Of a stretch of DNA of 64,000 nucleotides, positions 49,250 to 60,815 are shown in pieces. The position numbers were made by a program, and so were the translations under genes. Source of the stretch: an uncultured Spirochaetaceae bacterium. GTDB taxonomy: Bacteria; Myxococcota_A; UBA9160; UBA4427. The stretch lies in NCBI GenBank assembly GCA_964488255.1, contig CAZAUR010000001.1:259244-323243 (forward strand). Direction: 5' to 3'. Every line of letters begins with the position of its first letter. Position 1 is the stretch's first letter. The notes under the pieces are model-generated. The model ran no database searches and was not told the DNA's origin. It saw only the letters and a list, made by a program, of their open reading frames with translations.

Positions 49250-49996
49250 TCAGGTGTCGTCGACCGTGGACGGCCGAGAGCCTCGGACGGGATGCGCGGC
49301 GTCGCTCTCCACGCGGTCCGTTTCGGCGCGCAGGACACCGATTCGCCAGCGCAGGACGAGCAGGAAGACGAACACGAAGAAGAGCGTCAAATTTCCGACG
49401 AGGAAGGGGAGGCCCATCCCCTCACCCAGACCCGAGCTCTCATTGGCGAGATTGTCGGGGTGCATCGCGCCGCCCACGAGATCGATGATCCAGTAGTTGA
49501 GCGGGATCAGCACGACGCCGAGGATTCCGTAGATCGACGCGAAGCGCGCCGCGCGTTCGTCGCCCTCGGTGAAGCTGCGCAGTAGCAGGTAGGCGAGGTA
49601 CACGAACCAGAGCAGGAGCGTGAGCGTCAGCCGCGCATCCCATACCCACCAGTTGCCGGGACCCCAGGCGCCGCGGGCCCAGATCGGTCCGGTGATCAGC
49701 ATCAACGAGCAAAAGAGGGTGCCCACCTCGGCGCCCGCGATCGCGAGCTGGTCGTGCACCTCGCGGCCGCGCCACAGGAAGAGGCCGCCCGCGATCGCCG
49801 TCGCGACGAAGCCGAGATAGGCGCCGTAGGCGAGCGGCGGATGCACGTAGAGGATCTTCTGCATGACGCCCTGGACCGAGTCGAGGGGCGCCTGGATCAC
49901 GGTCCACGCATAGACGGGCAGCAGCACGGCGACGCACCAACCGAGCACGCGGAGCGATACGGCGAGGCGGTCGTCGTCGGCGGCGGGTCGGGTCAT
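49250..49996 (-). CDS. ccmC: Heme exporter protein CcmC
   Basis: 248-aa ORF with the Trp-rich motif WGPGNWWVWDARLT and multiple TM segments. Confidence 0.9.
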   Translation of the reverse strand: MTRPAADDDRLAVSLRVLGWCVAVLLPVYAWTVIQAPLDSVQGVMQKILYVHPPLAYGAYLGFVATAIAGGLFLWRGREVHDQLAIAGAEVGTLFCSLMLITGPIWARGAWGPGNWWVWDARLTLTLLLWFVYLAYLLLRSFTEGDERAARFASIYGILGVVLIPLNYWIIDLVGGAMHPDNLANESSGLGEGMGLPFLVGNLTLFFVFVFLLVLRWRIGVLRAETDRVESDAAHPVRGSRPSTVDDT

Positions 49997-50095
49997 GTCG
50001 CTGATCCTTTGGATTCGATCCGTGAGGGGAGGGTGCCTGGGGCGCGGCTGCGCGTCGAGTCGCAGATCGCTGCAGACGGCGCGCGTGGCAGAGGG

Positions 50096-50761
50096 CTACT
50101 CGTCGAGCACGTAGTCGAAGAGCAGGAACGAGAGGACGAGGTAGATCCCGCCGATCACGATCAGCGGCTGCACGAGGGAGAGGCCGAGGGGATCGCCGCC
50201 GAGGGTCGCGGTCGTCGCCCGAACCGCTGCGGCGAGGACCGGGACCAGCGTCGGGATCAGCAGCACCGGGAGCAGCACCTCACGGAAGCGACTACGCACG
50301 CTCATCGCGGAGAGCAGGGTGCCGACGCTGCAGATCGCGACGTTCGCGAGGGCGGCGATGGCGGCGCTGCCGGCGAGGCCGACGGACACGTCGACCCGCA
50401 TGAAGAGGGCGAAGACGAGTGCGGTCAGGACCTGCACGAGGGTGATCAGCACCCAGGTGGCCGCCGCCTTGCCGAGGAAGATCCAGCCGCGGGTGCCCGG
50501 GGCGAGGGCCAGGGCGGTCATCGCCTCGTTCTCGAGCTCGGTCGCGAAGGTTCGCCCGAGGCCGATCACGGCGGCGAACACGTAGGTCACCCACAGGACA
50601 CCGGGCGCGAGGCGCGCGATCTCTTCGCGATCCATGCCCGGCCACGCGAACTGGAACACGACGACGACCAGGAACGCGAAGATCGTCATCGCGACGACAC
50701 GGTCGCGCGAACGCCACTCGGTCACCAGGTCCTTCCAGAGCAGCGTGAGCGCGACGTTCAT
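50096..50761 (-). CDS. ccmB: Heme exporter protein CcmB
   Basis: Internal ATG at 50761 (ATGA overlap with the ccmA stop) gives MNVALTLLWKDLVTEWRSRD..., with six TM segments. Confidence 0.85.
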   Translation of the reverse strand: MNVALTLLWKDLVTEWRSRDRVVAMTIFAFLVVVVFQFAWPGMDREEIARLAPGVLWVTYVFAAVIGLGRTFATELENEAMTALALAPGTRGWIFLGKAAATWVLITLVQVLTALVFALFMRVDVSVGLAGSAAIAALANVAICSVGTLLSAMSVRSRFREVLLPVLLIPTLVPVLAAAVRATTATLGGDPLGLSLVQPLIVIGGIYLVLSFLLFDYVLDE

Positions 50762-51507
50762 GCGGCGACCTCGCCACGTGCGAGCCCGACCAGGAGCTGG
50801 CGCAGCGCGTCGACCTCGAAGGTCTCGTCGCCGCGCCTCGGCGCGGCCCGAAGCGCGCCCTGGTGCAGCACCCACGCGCGGTCCGCCAGGGCGACCGCGC
50901 GCCTGGGGTCGTGGGTCACCAGCACGAGCGACCGCGTCGCGGCGGAGTCCCCCGCGCGAAGCGCATCGAGCCGCGCGGCCAGGCGCTCCCCGGACGCTTC
51001 GTCGAGTCCGGTGAAGGGCTCGTCGAGCAGCACGAGCGAGGGCTGGTGCACGATCGCGCGGGTGATCGCGAGGCGCTGCGCCATGCCGCGGGAGAAGGTG
51101 TCCGCGCGCCGGTCGGCGACGTCGAGTAGCGCGAAGTCGTCGAGCAGGGCGTCGAGCGCGTCGCGGCCCGGGTTCTGCCCGTGCAGTCGCGCGGCGAAGG
51201 AGAGGTTCTCGCGTGCGCTCAACTCGCCGTAGAGAAGCGTGGCGTGGCCGACGTATCCGACCCGCGCGCGTAGCGCCTCACGCGCCAGCGGCGCCTCGGC
51301 CCCCTCGCCGAGGGTCGCTTCGAGGCTGCCGCCGCTCGGCCGGGAGAGGCCGGCAAGGATCTTGAGCAGACTGCTCTTGCCCGCGCCATTCGCGCCCAGG
51401 ATCGCGATCGCCTCACCCGGGGCGAGGGCGAAGTCGATTCCGCGGAGCGCGGCGACGCGGCCGTAGCGCTTCTCGACCGCGGCTCCGCGGAGCCGGAGCG
51501 AGCTCAC
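50758..51507 (-). CDS. ccmA: Cytochrome c biogenesis ABC ATPase CcmA
   Basis: GTG at 51507 (GTGA overlap with the upstream stop). Walker A GANGAGKSSLLK, signature FSRGMAQR, Walker B LVLLDEP. Confidence 0.85.
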   Translation of the reverse strand: MSSLRLRGAAVEKRYGRVAALRGIDFALAPGEAIAILGANGAGKSSLLKILAGLSRPSGGSLEATLGEGAEAPLAREALRARVGYVGHATLLYGELSARENLSFAARLHGQNPGRDALDALLDDFALLDVADRRADTFSRGMAQRLAITRAIVHQPSLVLLDEPFTGLDEASGERLAARLDALRAGDSAATRSLVLVTHDPRRAVALADRAWVLHQGALRAAPRRGDETFEVDALRQLLVGLARGEVAA

Positions 51508-53422
51508 CCCTGCGCTCCGCTGGCTTCGCCCGGTTCGAGAGTGCCGCCGCAGTGGGAACAGAAGCGCCACTTCGCGTCGACCCGATCACCGCAGGACGGA
51601 CAGAAGCGACCGGTCGCGACTGCCGCGGGCGTAACGGGCGCGGGATCTCGCGGTGTCGGAACTTCGGGCGCGCTGGTCGACGCGGATCCGGTCGACACGC
51701 CCGCGTGGGTTCGCTCCTCCCGCAGGAGCGAGATCGCCTGTCCGCGCAGCTCGCGCCGCATCGCCTCGTAGTCCGCTTCGTCGAGCTTGCCGGTCTCGAA
51801 GTCGTGCTCCAGGTCCGCGATGTCCGAGTAGACGCCCTCGCGTTCTTCGCGGAGCCGCTCGAGCTCGGTGTCGACTGCCGGTGCGCGATTCCGTCTGCGC
51901 AGCAGCGGGGCGACGAGGAACCACGCGCCGCCGGCGGCAGCGAGCAGCGTGAGCGCGAGGCTCGCCTCCTGGGGCAGGCCGGCGCCGCTGAGGGGCTCGA
52001 GGTGCAGGTCGACGACCTCGTGCATGCCCACGTTGTAGGCCTCGCGGTGGAGGTAGTTCCGGGTGCGGTTGCGGAAGGGGCGTCGGCGGTGGAGCCGCTT
52101 GCTGTCGAGGGCGAGCCCGGTGTCCGCGACCAGGACGTTCAGGGTCTGTACCTCGCGCGGGAAGCGCAGGTCGAGGGTGACGCCGTCGGGTCGGCTCGGC
52201 ATGCGAAGGGCGTAGCCGATCGAATGTTCGCCCGGGCCGATCGGTCCGATCACGTCGAAGCCGCCGTCGTCGGTGGGCGTCAACCCGAACGCTTCGGCGT
52301 CCTGGGACACGCCCTGGAGCGCGGCGCCCGTCGGGACCGACACGTGCATCAGCGGCGCTTCGGGGGTCCCGGTGACCGGCGCGCCCGGCGACACGACGAC
52401 CTGCAGGTCGACGTTCGCTTCGAGTCGCGTGTCGTCGAGGTCGACCCAGACGTCCGTGCGCGGAATCGTGACCGCGGCGGGATCCATGCGGCTCTCGGGC
52501 AGCGTGATCGCGAGCGCGATCCGTTCCCCGGCCCGCAGCCCCGCGCGGGCCCAGCTCGCGAGCGGGCTCGTGTCATCGTCGACGAGGCCGCGCGAGGCGA
52601 CGAGCCCGGTGCCCTCGATCTCCATCCCGCTGGTGCCGGCGACGGCAACGACCCGAGAGGCGTCCGCGCGCAGCTCGACGGGCACGTCGACGGTCCGGAT
52701 CGACCGACCGAGGGGGAGGCTCCACTGATACTCGACCGCCTGCTCGCCCGAGTAGAGCGGGCCGAAGAAGCGGACCACGCCCTCGCTGAGCACCAGCTCG
52801 TCACCGATCGAGCTCGGCCCGGCGTTGAAGTCCTGGGCCGCTGCCGGCAACGGGCGTTCGAAGATCGCAGGGCCCTCGGCGTTCGCGGGGAGCTGGATCA
52901 CGCGCGTGCCTGCACTCGTCAGGCGGAGGATCTCGGCGACCACGATGCGGTCGCCCATCCAATCGACGCGCACGCGTAGCTCGTCGACCGCGACGCCCGC
53001 GACCTCCGTCGTCGGCGTCGAGACGCGAATCGAGACGCCGGCTTCCGTCTCTCCAGCGACGAACGTGACGCGCTCGCCGAAGGGGATCTCCGCGAAGCGC
53101 GCGCCGACCAGGTAGACGATTCCCGGGTCGTTCGAGATGCCGGCGAAGACGTGTCGCCCGGTGGCGTCGGTCACGCCGTTCGCGAGACCGGGCATGCCGT
53201 CGGGGCCGAGCGCGTAGAGCGCGAGCTCGCGACCGCCGAGGTCGGCGTTCGGCTCGGCCGAGACGAGGGTCACGGTCAGCTGTCCCGGTCCGGGCGGAGG
53301 CGGCGGGGCCTGGCCGATGTCCTCGCCGTGTTGCGCGAGCGCGACGACGGGAATGACGAGCAGCGCGGCGATCGCGACGAACGCGCGCGAGGCCGTGCGG
53401 GACCGCCTTCGGGCGGGGAGGT

Positions 53423-53426
<4 letters not shown>
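51504..53426 (-). CDS. Unknown ccm-operon protein: signal peptide, large periplasmic beta-rich region, one TM segment, cytoplasmic CcmI-like helix and zinc ribbon
   Basis: GTG at 53426 (GTGA overlap with the ccmF stop). Signal peptide RAFVAIAALLVIPVVALAQ; TM segment ASLALTLLAAAGGAWFLVAPLL; then GVYSDIADLEHDFETGKLDEADYEAMRRELRGQAISLL and RFCPSCGDRVDAKWRFCSHCG. The upstream 577 aa of the 1217-aa ORF are antisense-frame junk over ccmF. Confidence 0.65.
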
Positions 53427-55417
<1,991 letters not shown>

Positions 55418-55879
55418 CTACAGCTCGATGCTCGACTTCTCGGCGGGCCCGGCCTGCGCCTCGAACTTCGACGGACACTTCGCGAGGACGTTGTCGGCGA
55501 CGAAGACCCGGGCGCCGCGGTTCAGCACGAGCTGGCCTTCGACGACGACCTCGGCGCCGTCCTGGAAGAGGTCCGGCGTCTCGAGGCTCTCGTACACGAC
55601 GGCCAGGGTCTGACCGACGGGTCCGCCGCCATGGGGTGGGTCGTTCTGGACGGAGAAGAGCACGCGCTTGCCCTCGACGTCACGCTCGATCGAGGAGTTC
55701 GCGACATAGCCGTGGACGCGCGCGCTGCGGCCGACCATGTCGCCTGCGTTGGCCTGGAACTGGTCGAGCTCCTGGAAGTACTGGAACGAGAGTCCCGCCT
55801 CCATCTGCGTCGAGCCCCACCAGCCGAGCAGCGCGGCGATGGCCGCGGCGCCGATGGCGATCTGTACACCCTTGGACAT
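55418..55879 (-). CDS. ccmE: Heme chaperone CcmE, variant type (Cys replaces the heme-binding His)
   Basis: Internal ATG at 55879 gives MSKGVQIAIGAAAIAALLGWW, then an OB-fold region. The C-terminal motif is VLAKCPSKFE where canonical CcmE has LAKHDENY. Confidence 0.85.
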   Translation of the reverse strand: MSKGVQIAIGAAAIAALLGWWGSTQMEAGLSFQYFQELDQFQANAGDMVGRSARVHGYVANSSIERDVEGKRVLFSVQNDPPHGGGPVGQTLAVVYESLETPDLFQDGAEVVVEGQLVLNRGARVFVADNVLAKCPSKFEAQAGPAEKSSIEL

Positions 55880-56129
55880 GTCGATGGGTCCCGTTTCCCG
55901 AGGCTCGCCGAGACCGTGGAGCCGCACCGGTGCGTGTGCGCGCGGTTCGCGAGCGGTCGGGAAGAGTTGGAGGGTTGGGTGGGTGCGCGTCCGTTTACTC
56001 GAACGGCGCCGAGATTAGCGGTCGCCCGGAGGCGTGTCAAAGTGCGCATGGCTGAAAATTGCTTTGATTTCGGATACTTGGACGATTGGATGCCTTGACG
56101 CCCCGAACCCGCCGGGCTAACCGGGGAGC

Positions 56130-57335
56130 ATGTCCGCGCCGAGTCTGCAGAAGCCCCGGGATCGTACCTGGAGCGCCCGCGCCGAGTCCCTCGCGCCCTT
56201 CCTGGCCATGGAGGTGCTCGAGCGCGCCGCGGAGCTCGAGCGGGACGGAATCTCCGTGGCCCACCTCGAGCTCGGGGAGCCGGAATTCGCCCCTCCGCCC
56301 GCGGCCAACCGCGCCGTGAGCCAGGCCCTGGCTCGGGACGACACGAACTACACCGACAGCCGCGGGCGGCTCGAGCTGCGTGAGGCAATCGCTACGGACC
56401 TCGGCCGACGCTTCGCAGGAGTATCGGTCGATCCGGGTCGAGTGCTGGTGACCCAGGGCACGTCGAGCGCGATGACCCTGGTCTTCGCGTGCCTCGTCGA
56501 GCCAGGCGACGAGGTGATCCTGCCGACGCCCCACTACCCCTGCTACCCGAATTTCGTTCGCTTCTGCGGGGGCGAGCCGGTCTTCGTCGAGACCGAGGCG
56601 GCCGACGGTTGGCACATCGACCCCGATCGCGTGCGCGCAGCGATCACGCCGCGCACGAAGGCGATCGTCGTGGGTTCCCCAGCGAACCCGACGGGCGCGG
56701 TTCAGCCCCGCGCCGTGATGGAGGCCGTCGCTGAGCTCGGGCCGACCCTCGTCTCGGACGAGATCTACGACGGGCTGGTCTACGACGGGGCCGCGACGAC
56801 GTCGGCCCTCACCCTGGGCGACGACGCCTTCGTGTTGGACGGCTTCTCGAAGCGTTATGCGATGACCGGGTTCCGGCTGGGCTGGGTCGTGGCGCCGGAG
56901 AGCGCCGCGCGCCGGCTCCAGATCCTGCAGCAGAACCTCTTCATCTCCGCGAGCAGCTTCGTCCAGGCCGCGGGCGTCGCGGCCCTCGCCGAGGGCGCAG
57001 AGATGAGTGCATCACTCCTCGACGCATGTGCTTCGCGGCGCCGATTACTCGTCGATGGTCTGCGCGCCCTCGGATTCGGCATCGAGAGGGATCCCGAAGG
57101 CGCATTCTACGTCCTCGCGGACGCGCGTGCGTTCGGGGAGGACTCGCGCGCCTTGGCCTTCGCGCTGCTCGAGGAGGCCCACGTCGGCTGCACCCCGGGC
57201 ATCGATTTCGGCGAGGCCGCCGAGGGGCGGCTGCGCTTCTGTTATGCGTTGGCGCAGGAGACGATCGAGACCGCGCTCGAGCGGATGGCGCCTTTTCTCG
57301 AGGCTCGACGCGGGCGCGGAGGAGCGGCGCCGTGA
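56130..57335 (+). CDS. Class I/II pyridoxal-phosphate-dependent aminotransferase
   Basis: 401-aa ORF with SPANPTG, and SFSKRYAMTGFRLGW carrying the PLP lysine. Confidence 0.85.
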   Translation: MSAPSLQKPRDRTWSARAESLAPFLAMEVLERAAELERDGISVAHLELGEPEFAPPPAANRAVSQALARDDTNYTDSRGRLELREAIATDLGRRFAGVSVDPGRVLVTQGTSSAMTLVFACLVEPGDEVILPTPHYPCYPNFVRFCGGEPVFVETEAADGWHIDPDRVRAAITPRTKAIVVGSPANPTGAVQPRAVMEAVAELGPTLVSDEIYDGLVYDGAATTSALTLGDDAFVLDGFSKRYAMTGFRLGWVVAPESAARRLQILQQNLFISASSFVQAAGVAALAEGAEMSASLLDACASRRRLLVDGLRALGFGIERDPEGAFYVLADARAFGEDSRALAFALLEEAHVGCTPGIDFGEAAEGRLRFCYALAQETIETALERMAPFLEARRGRGGAAP

Positions 57336-57964
57336 AGATCCTCGAGGCAGAGTTGATCGCGTCGGCGCCCCGCGTCGAGAAGCTGCCCGAATCGGGGCTG
57401 CCCGAGGTCGCGTTCCTCGGCCGCTCGAACGTCGGCAAGTCGAGCCTGTTGAACGGCCTCGCGCGCCGCAAGAAGCTCGCGCGCACGAGCAGCACGCCGG
57501 GCAAGACGCGCGAGCTCGTGCTCTTTCGCATCCGGACCGATCGCGGCGAGATCGGCCTCGTCGACCTGCCGGGCTACGGCTGGGCCAAGGTCTCCCGCCA
57601 GGAGCGCAAGAGCTGGCAACGTCTCGCGGAGGGCTACCTCGCGCAGCGGGAGTCGCTGTGTCTCGCGATGCTGCTGCAGGACGTGCGGCGGACCTGGAGC
57701 GAGGACGAGGATCTGCTGCTCCAGTGGCTCGCGGAACGTGACGTCCCCGGGCGCGTCATCCTCACGAAGACCGACAAGCTGAAGCAGATGAAGCGCAAGG
57801 AAGCGGTCAAGAAGCTCCGCGCGCAGATCGGCGAAGGCTGGGGCAAGCCGATCGCGACGTCTTCGCAAAAGGGCGACGGGCTCGACGTCGTCTGGCGAAC
57901 TTGTTTCGAGTTCGCGTATCCCGAACGTTTCGCCGTCCCGGACGGCGAGTCGCCGCCCGCCTAA
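57332..57964 (+). CDS. engB: Ribosome biogenesis GTPase YihA/EngB
   Basis: GTG at 57332 (GTGA overlap). Contains EVAFLGRSNVGKSSLLN, DLPGYG and TKTDK. Confidence 0.85.
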   Translation: MKILEAELIASAPRVEKLPESGLPEVAFLGRSNVGKSSLLNGLARRKKLARTSSTPGKTRELVLFRIRTDRGEIGLVDLPGYGWAKVSRQERKSWQRLAEGYLAQRESLCLAMLLQDVRRTWSEDEDLLLQWLAERDVPGRVILTKTDKLKQMKRKEAVKKLRAQIGEGWGKPIATSSQKGDGLDVVWRTCFEFAYPERFAVPDGESPPA

Positions 57965-58716
57965 CGAAAGAGATCCATCGACGGATCCCGCAGGATGTCG
58001 CCCACCCCGCCATCCCCCTCGATCGGGAACCCCTCGACCAGCACGACCGGGATCCCCGCGCTCTTGAGCATCAGCAGCCCGGCCGCTGCCGCGAGCTGAT
58101 CCGACGTCGCCGGTTGCGTCACGAGCAGCTCGCGCCCGATCCGGTCCCGCGATCCTCGATCGTCCTTGATCGGGGCGAGACCGGCGGATCCGAGGGCCAC
58201 GTCGACGAGCCCGTCGCGCCAGGGGCGGCCGAAGGTGTCGGTGATGACGACCGGCGTGTGCGTGCCGTCCTCGGAGAGCGCTTCGTGCAGGCGCCGCGCG
58301 GACGCGTCCGGGTCGAGGGGGAGCAGGACGGCGATGTCCTCGTCGGGCGCGTTCGACAGGTCGACGCCGGCGTTGGCGCACACGAAGCCGTGCTTGGTCT
58401 CGCAGATGAGGACGTTGTTGCCGCGTCGGACGATGCGCGTGCTCTCGTCGAGCACGATCTGGACCTGGCGCGGATCGCGCTCGTGGTCGGCCGCGATCTC
58501 CTTCGCTTCGTCGCTCGGGGTGACGTCTTCGAGTCGGACGAGGCGCCCCTCGGCCTTGGACACGATTTTCTGGGCGATCACCACGACGTTGCCGTCGAGG
58601 GCGACGCCCGCGGCGTCCGCGGCTTCGCGGATCATTGCGGCGAGGTTGGTGCCGGGTTCGACCTCCGGGAGGCCGGGGAGCGGGACGAGGCGCAGGGGCC
58701 CCGGAACGTCAGACAT
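57961..58716 (-). CDS. cofE: Coenzyme F420-0:L-glutamate ligase (stand-alone CofE type)
   Basis: Internal ATG at 58716. Contains VVIAQKIVSKAEGR, CANAGVDLSN and VVITDTFGRPWRDG. Confidence 0.8.
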   Translation of the reverse strand: MSDVPGPLRLVPLPGLPEVEPGTNLAAMIREAADAAGVALDGNVVVIAQKIVSKAEGRLVRLEDVTPSDEAKEIAADHERDPRQVQIVLDESTRIVRRGNNVLICETKHGFVCANAGVDLSNAPDEDIAVLLPLDPDASARRLHEALSEDGTHTPVVITDTFGRPWRDGLVDVALGSAGLAPIKDDRGSRDRIGRELLVTQPATSDQLAAAAGLLMLKSAGIPVVLVEGFPIEGDGGVGDILRDPSMDLFR

Positions 58717-59356
58717 CTTCCTCTCCATCGGCCGCTTCGAGGAGCAGGGCGCGTGTGCGCTTGCCGCCGCCTTCGGTCTCGAGGAACGCGTCGAGATCCT
58801 CGGGCTGGTCGAGGTCGATCGCGAGGGAGGGCAGGGCGAGCTCGAAGATCGGCACGCCCGCCGCCGCCGCCGCCTCGCCATGCCGCTTGGCGCTGTCGGG
58901 TCCGAAGCAGCAGGGGATGAGCCCGGCCGGATGATGCAGGAGCGCGGACGTGCCGCCGTCCGCTGACGGCGCGAGCCAGACGCCGGGCGCTTCGCCGCTC
59001 GCGGTCTCGAGCAGCTGGGCGAAGTCGCTCGCGAGGGCGCCCGCCACGTCGCCCAACACGAAGAGGAGATCCCCTCCGTCGGCACAGAGTCGCTCGCGCC
59101 CGTCTTCGAGCGCCGCATTCAAGCCGGGCTCCGGTCGCAGCAGCACTTCCGCACCGCCGGCGCGTGCGTGCGCGGCGACGGTCTCGTCCGGTGTCGTGAC
59201 GGCGATGCGTTCGATTCCAGGCGTCGCGGTCAACGCTTCGATCAGGTCTTCCAGCATTGCGAGGGTCAGCCGTCGCCGCAGCCCGTCGGGCAGGCGCGAC
59301 AGCAGCCGGGTCTTGCTGTCCTCGAGGTTCTTGACCGGGATCAGCGCGATCGTCAT
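58709..59356 (-). CDS. cofC: 2-phospho-L-lactate (or analogue) guanylyltransferase CofC/FbiD
   Basis: Internal ATG at 59356 (ATGA overlap with the cofD stop). Contains MTIALIPVKNLEDSKTRL and APSADGGTSALL. Confidence 0.75.
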   Translation of the reverse strand: MTIALIPVKNLEDSKTRLLSRLPDGLRRRLTLAMLEDLIEALTATPGIERIAVTTPDETVAAHARAGGAEVLLRPEPGLNAALEDGRERLCADGGDLLFVLGDVAGALASDFAQLLETASGEAPGVWLAPSADGGTSALLHHPAGLIPCCFGPDSAKRHGEAAAAAGVPIFELALPSLAIDLDQPEDLDAFLETEGGGKRTRALLLEAADGEEDV

Positions 59357-60309
59357 CGGAGACGATCCGCCACGCCGAGGGCCGCGCGCGCGACCGCTTC
59401 GGACACGCTCGCATCGACCATGATCGTGTCGACGGCGCTCGCTGCGAGCCCGAGCGCCTCGACCGAAGGGAGCAGCTCCGCGTCCCGCTCGTCGAATACG
59501 AAGCCGTCGATCCAGTCGGCATAGAAGCGCGCCACGCCGACCGCGGACACGTCGATTCCGAGCGCTCGCAAGAGCGTGTGGGCGGGACCCTTGATCGGGG
59601 CGCCGCTCACGATCGGCGAGACCGCCACGATCGGCGCGGTCGAGGCCTCGAGGGCTTCGCGAACGCCCCGCACCGCGAGGATCGGCCCGATCGACACCAT
59701 CGGGTTGCTCGGGCAGACGAGGATCGTGTTCGCCGAAGCGATCGCTTCGAGGACGCCCGGCGCCGGTGTTGCGCCTTGCGCAGCAGAGAGATCGACGGCT
59801 TCCACGTCGGTCGGTGCACCATCGCGCACGAGGTACTCCTCGAAGTGGATCGAGGTGCCACCCATGAGCTCGACGCGGGTCGGGCAAGGGTCGTTCGACA
59901 TCGGCAGCAGACGCAGCGCGAGGCCGAGGTCGCGGCGCAGCTCGTCCACGACTTCGTGCAATCCCGCGCCCTCCGCCAGACGGAGCGTGCGGTGGAGACA
60001 ATTGGCGTAGTCCGCGTCCCCGAGCCGGAACCAGGCTTCATGGCCGAGCTCCGCGAGGCGGTCGACGAGGCGATACGTGTCGCCGGCGAGTCCGAAGCCG
60101 CGCTCGGGATCGATCCGGTCGGCGAGGGTGTAGGTCACGATGTCGAGATCGGGGGAGACGTGCACGCCGTAGAAGGCGCGGTCGTCGCCAGTGTTCACGA
60201 CGACGGTCACTTCCTCCGGCGGGAGCGCGCGCACGACCCCGCGGAGGTACCGCGCGGCGCCGACACCGCCCGCGAGGACGACGACGGGATTCGTGGGCGC
60301 GTCGCTCAT
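59353..60309 (-). CDS. cofD: 2-phospho-L-lactate transferase CofD/FbiA
   Basis: Internal ATG at 60309. Contains VVVLAGGVGAARYLRG, NTGDD, CPSNPMVSIGPIL and SPIVSGAPIKGPA. Confidence 0.85.
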   Translation of the reverse strand: MSDAPTNPVVVLAGGVGAARYLRGVVRALPPEEVTVVVNTGDDRAFYGVHVSPDLDIVTYTLADRIDPERGFGLAGDTYRLVDRLAELGHEAWFRLGDADYANCLHRTLRLAEGAGLHEVVDELRRDLGLALRLLPMSNDPCPTRVELMGGTSIHFEEYLVRDGAPTDVEAVDLSAAQGATPAPGVLEAIASANTILVCPSNPMVSIGPILAVRGVREALEASTAPIVAVSPIVSGAPIKGPAHTLLRALGIDVSAVGVARFYADWIDGFVFDERDAELLPSVEALGLAASAVDTIMVDASVSEAVARAALGVADRLR

Positions 60310-60668
60310 CCGGCCTCGGCTCCGGTCGCGGGCATCGCGCGCAGGCGTTCGAGTCGCTCGGTATCCGCGGTCAGCCGCTCGGCGATCGCGCGCAACTCGA
60401 AGTTCTCGTGGAAAGGCTCTCGTTCGAGGTCGCGCTCGGACGTGACCATGCGGGCGAGCGACGCACGGTCGCGCTCGACCCGTGCTTCGAGCCGCGCGAT
60501 CTCTTCGGCGCGCGCCACGGCATGGGTCGGCAACGCGCCTCCGTCCGCGCCGCCCGACGCGCAGCCCAGGGCGCCGAGCAGCGCTGCCGCGATCACGCGG
60601 GCGACGGTCGCGCGCGCGGCGCCGGGCCGCCTGCGGGGCGGCCGATCTCGTTGTCCACGGAAGGTCAT
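60306..60668 (-). CDS. Small probable lipoprotein with coiled-coil region, first gene of the cof operon
   Basis: 120-aa ORF. Signal with a lipobox-like sequence, VIAAALLGALGCASGG. ATGA overlap with the cofD start. Confidence 0.45.
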   Translation of the reverse strand: MTFRGQRDRPPRRRPGAARATVARVIAAALLGALGCASGGADGGALPTHAVARAEEIARLEARVERDRASLARMVTSERDLEREPFHENFELRAIAERLTADTERLERLRAMPATGAEAG

Positions 60669-60815
60669 GTCCGGCGATTCTCCGGGTCCCCCGGGCTCGC
60701 GTCAAGTGCGCGTCGTCAAACGTGAAATTCTGTCCACGGCGGCGTCGGGAACGATCCTTCACGAACGGCGTCGAGGTCGCGCTCACGGCCACGGCACGCG
60801 GGCACGCGGCTTGCG

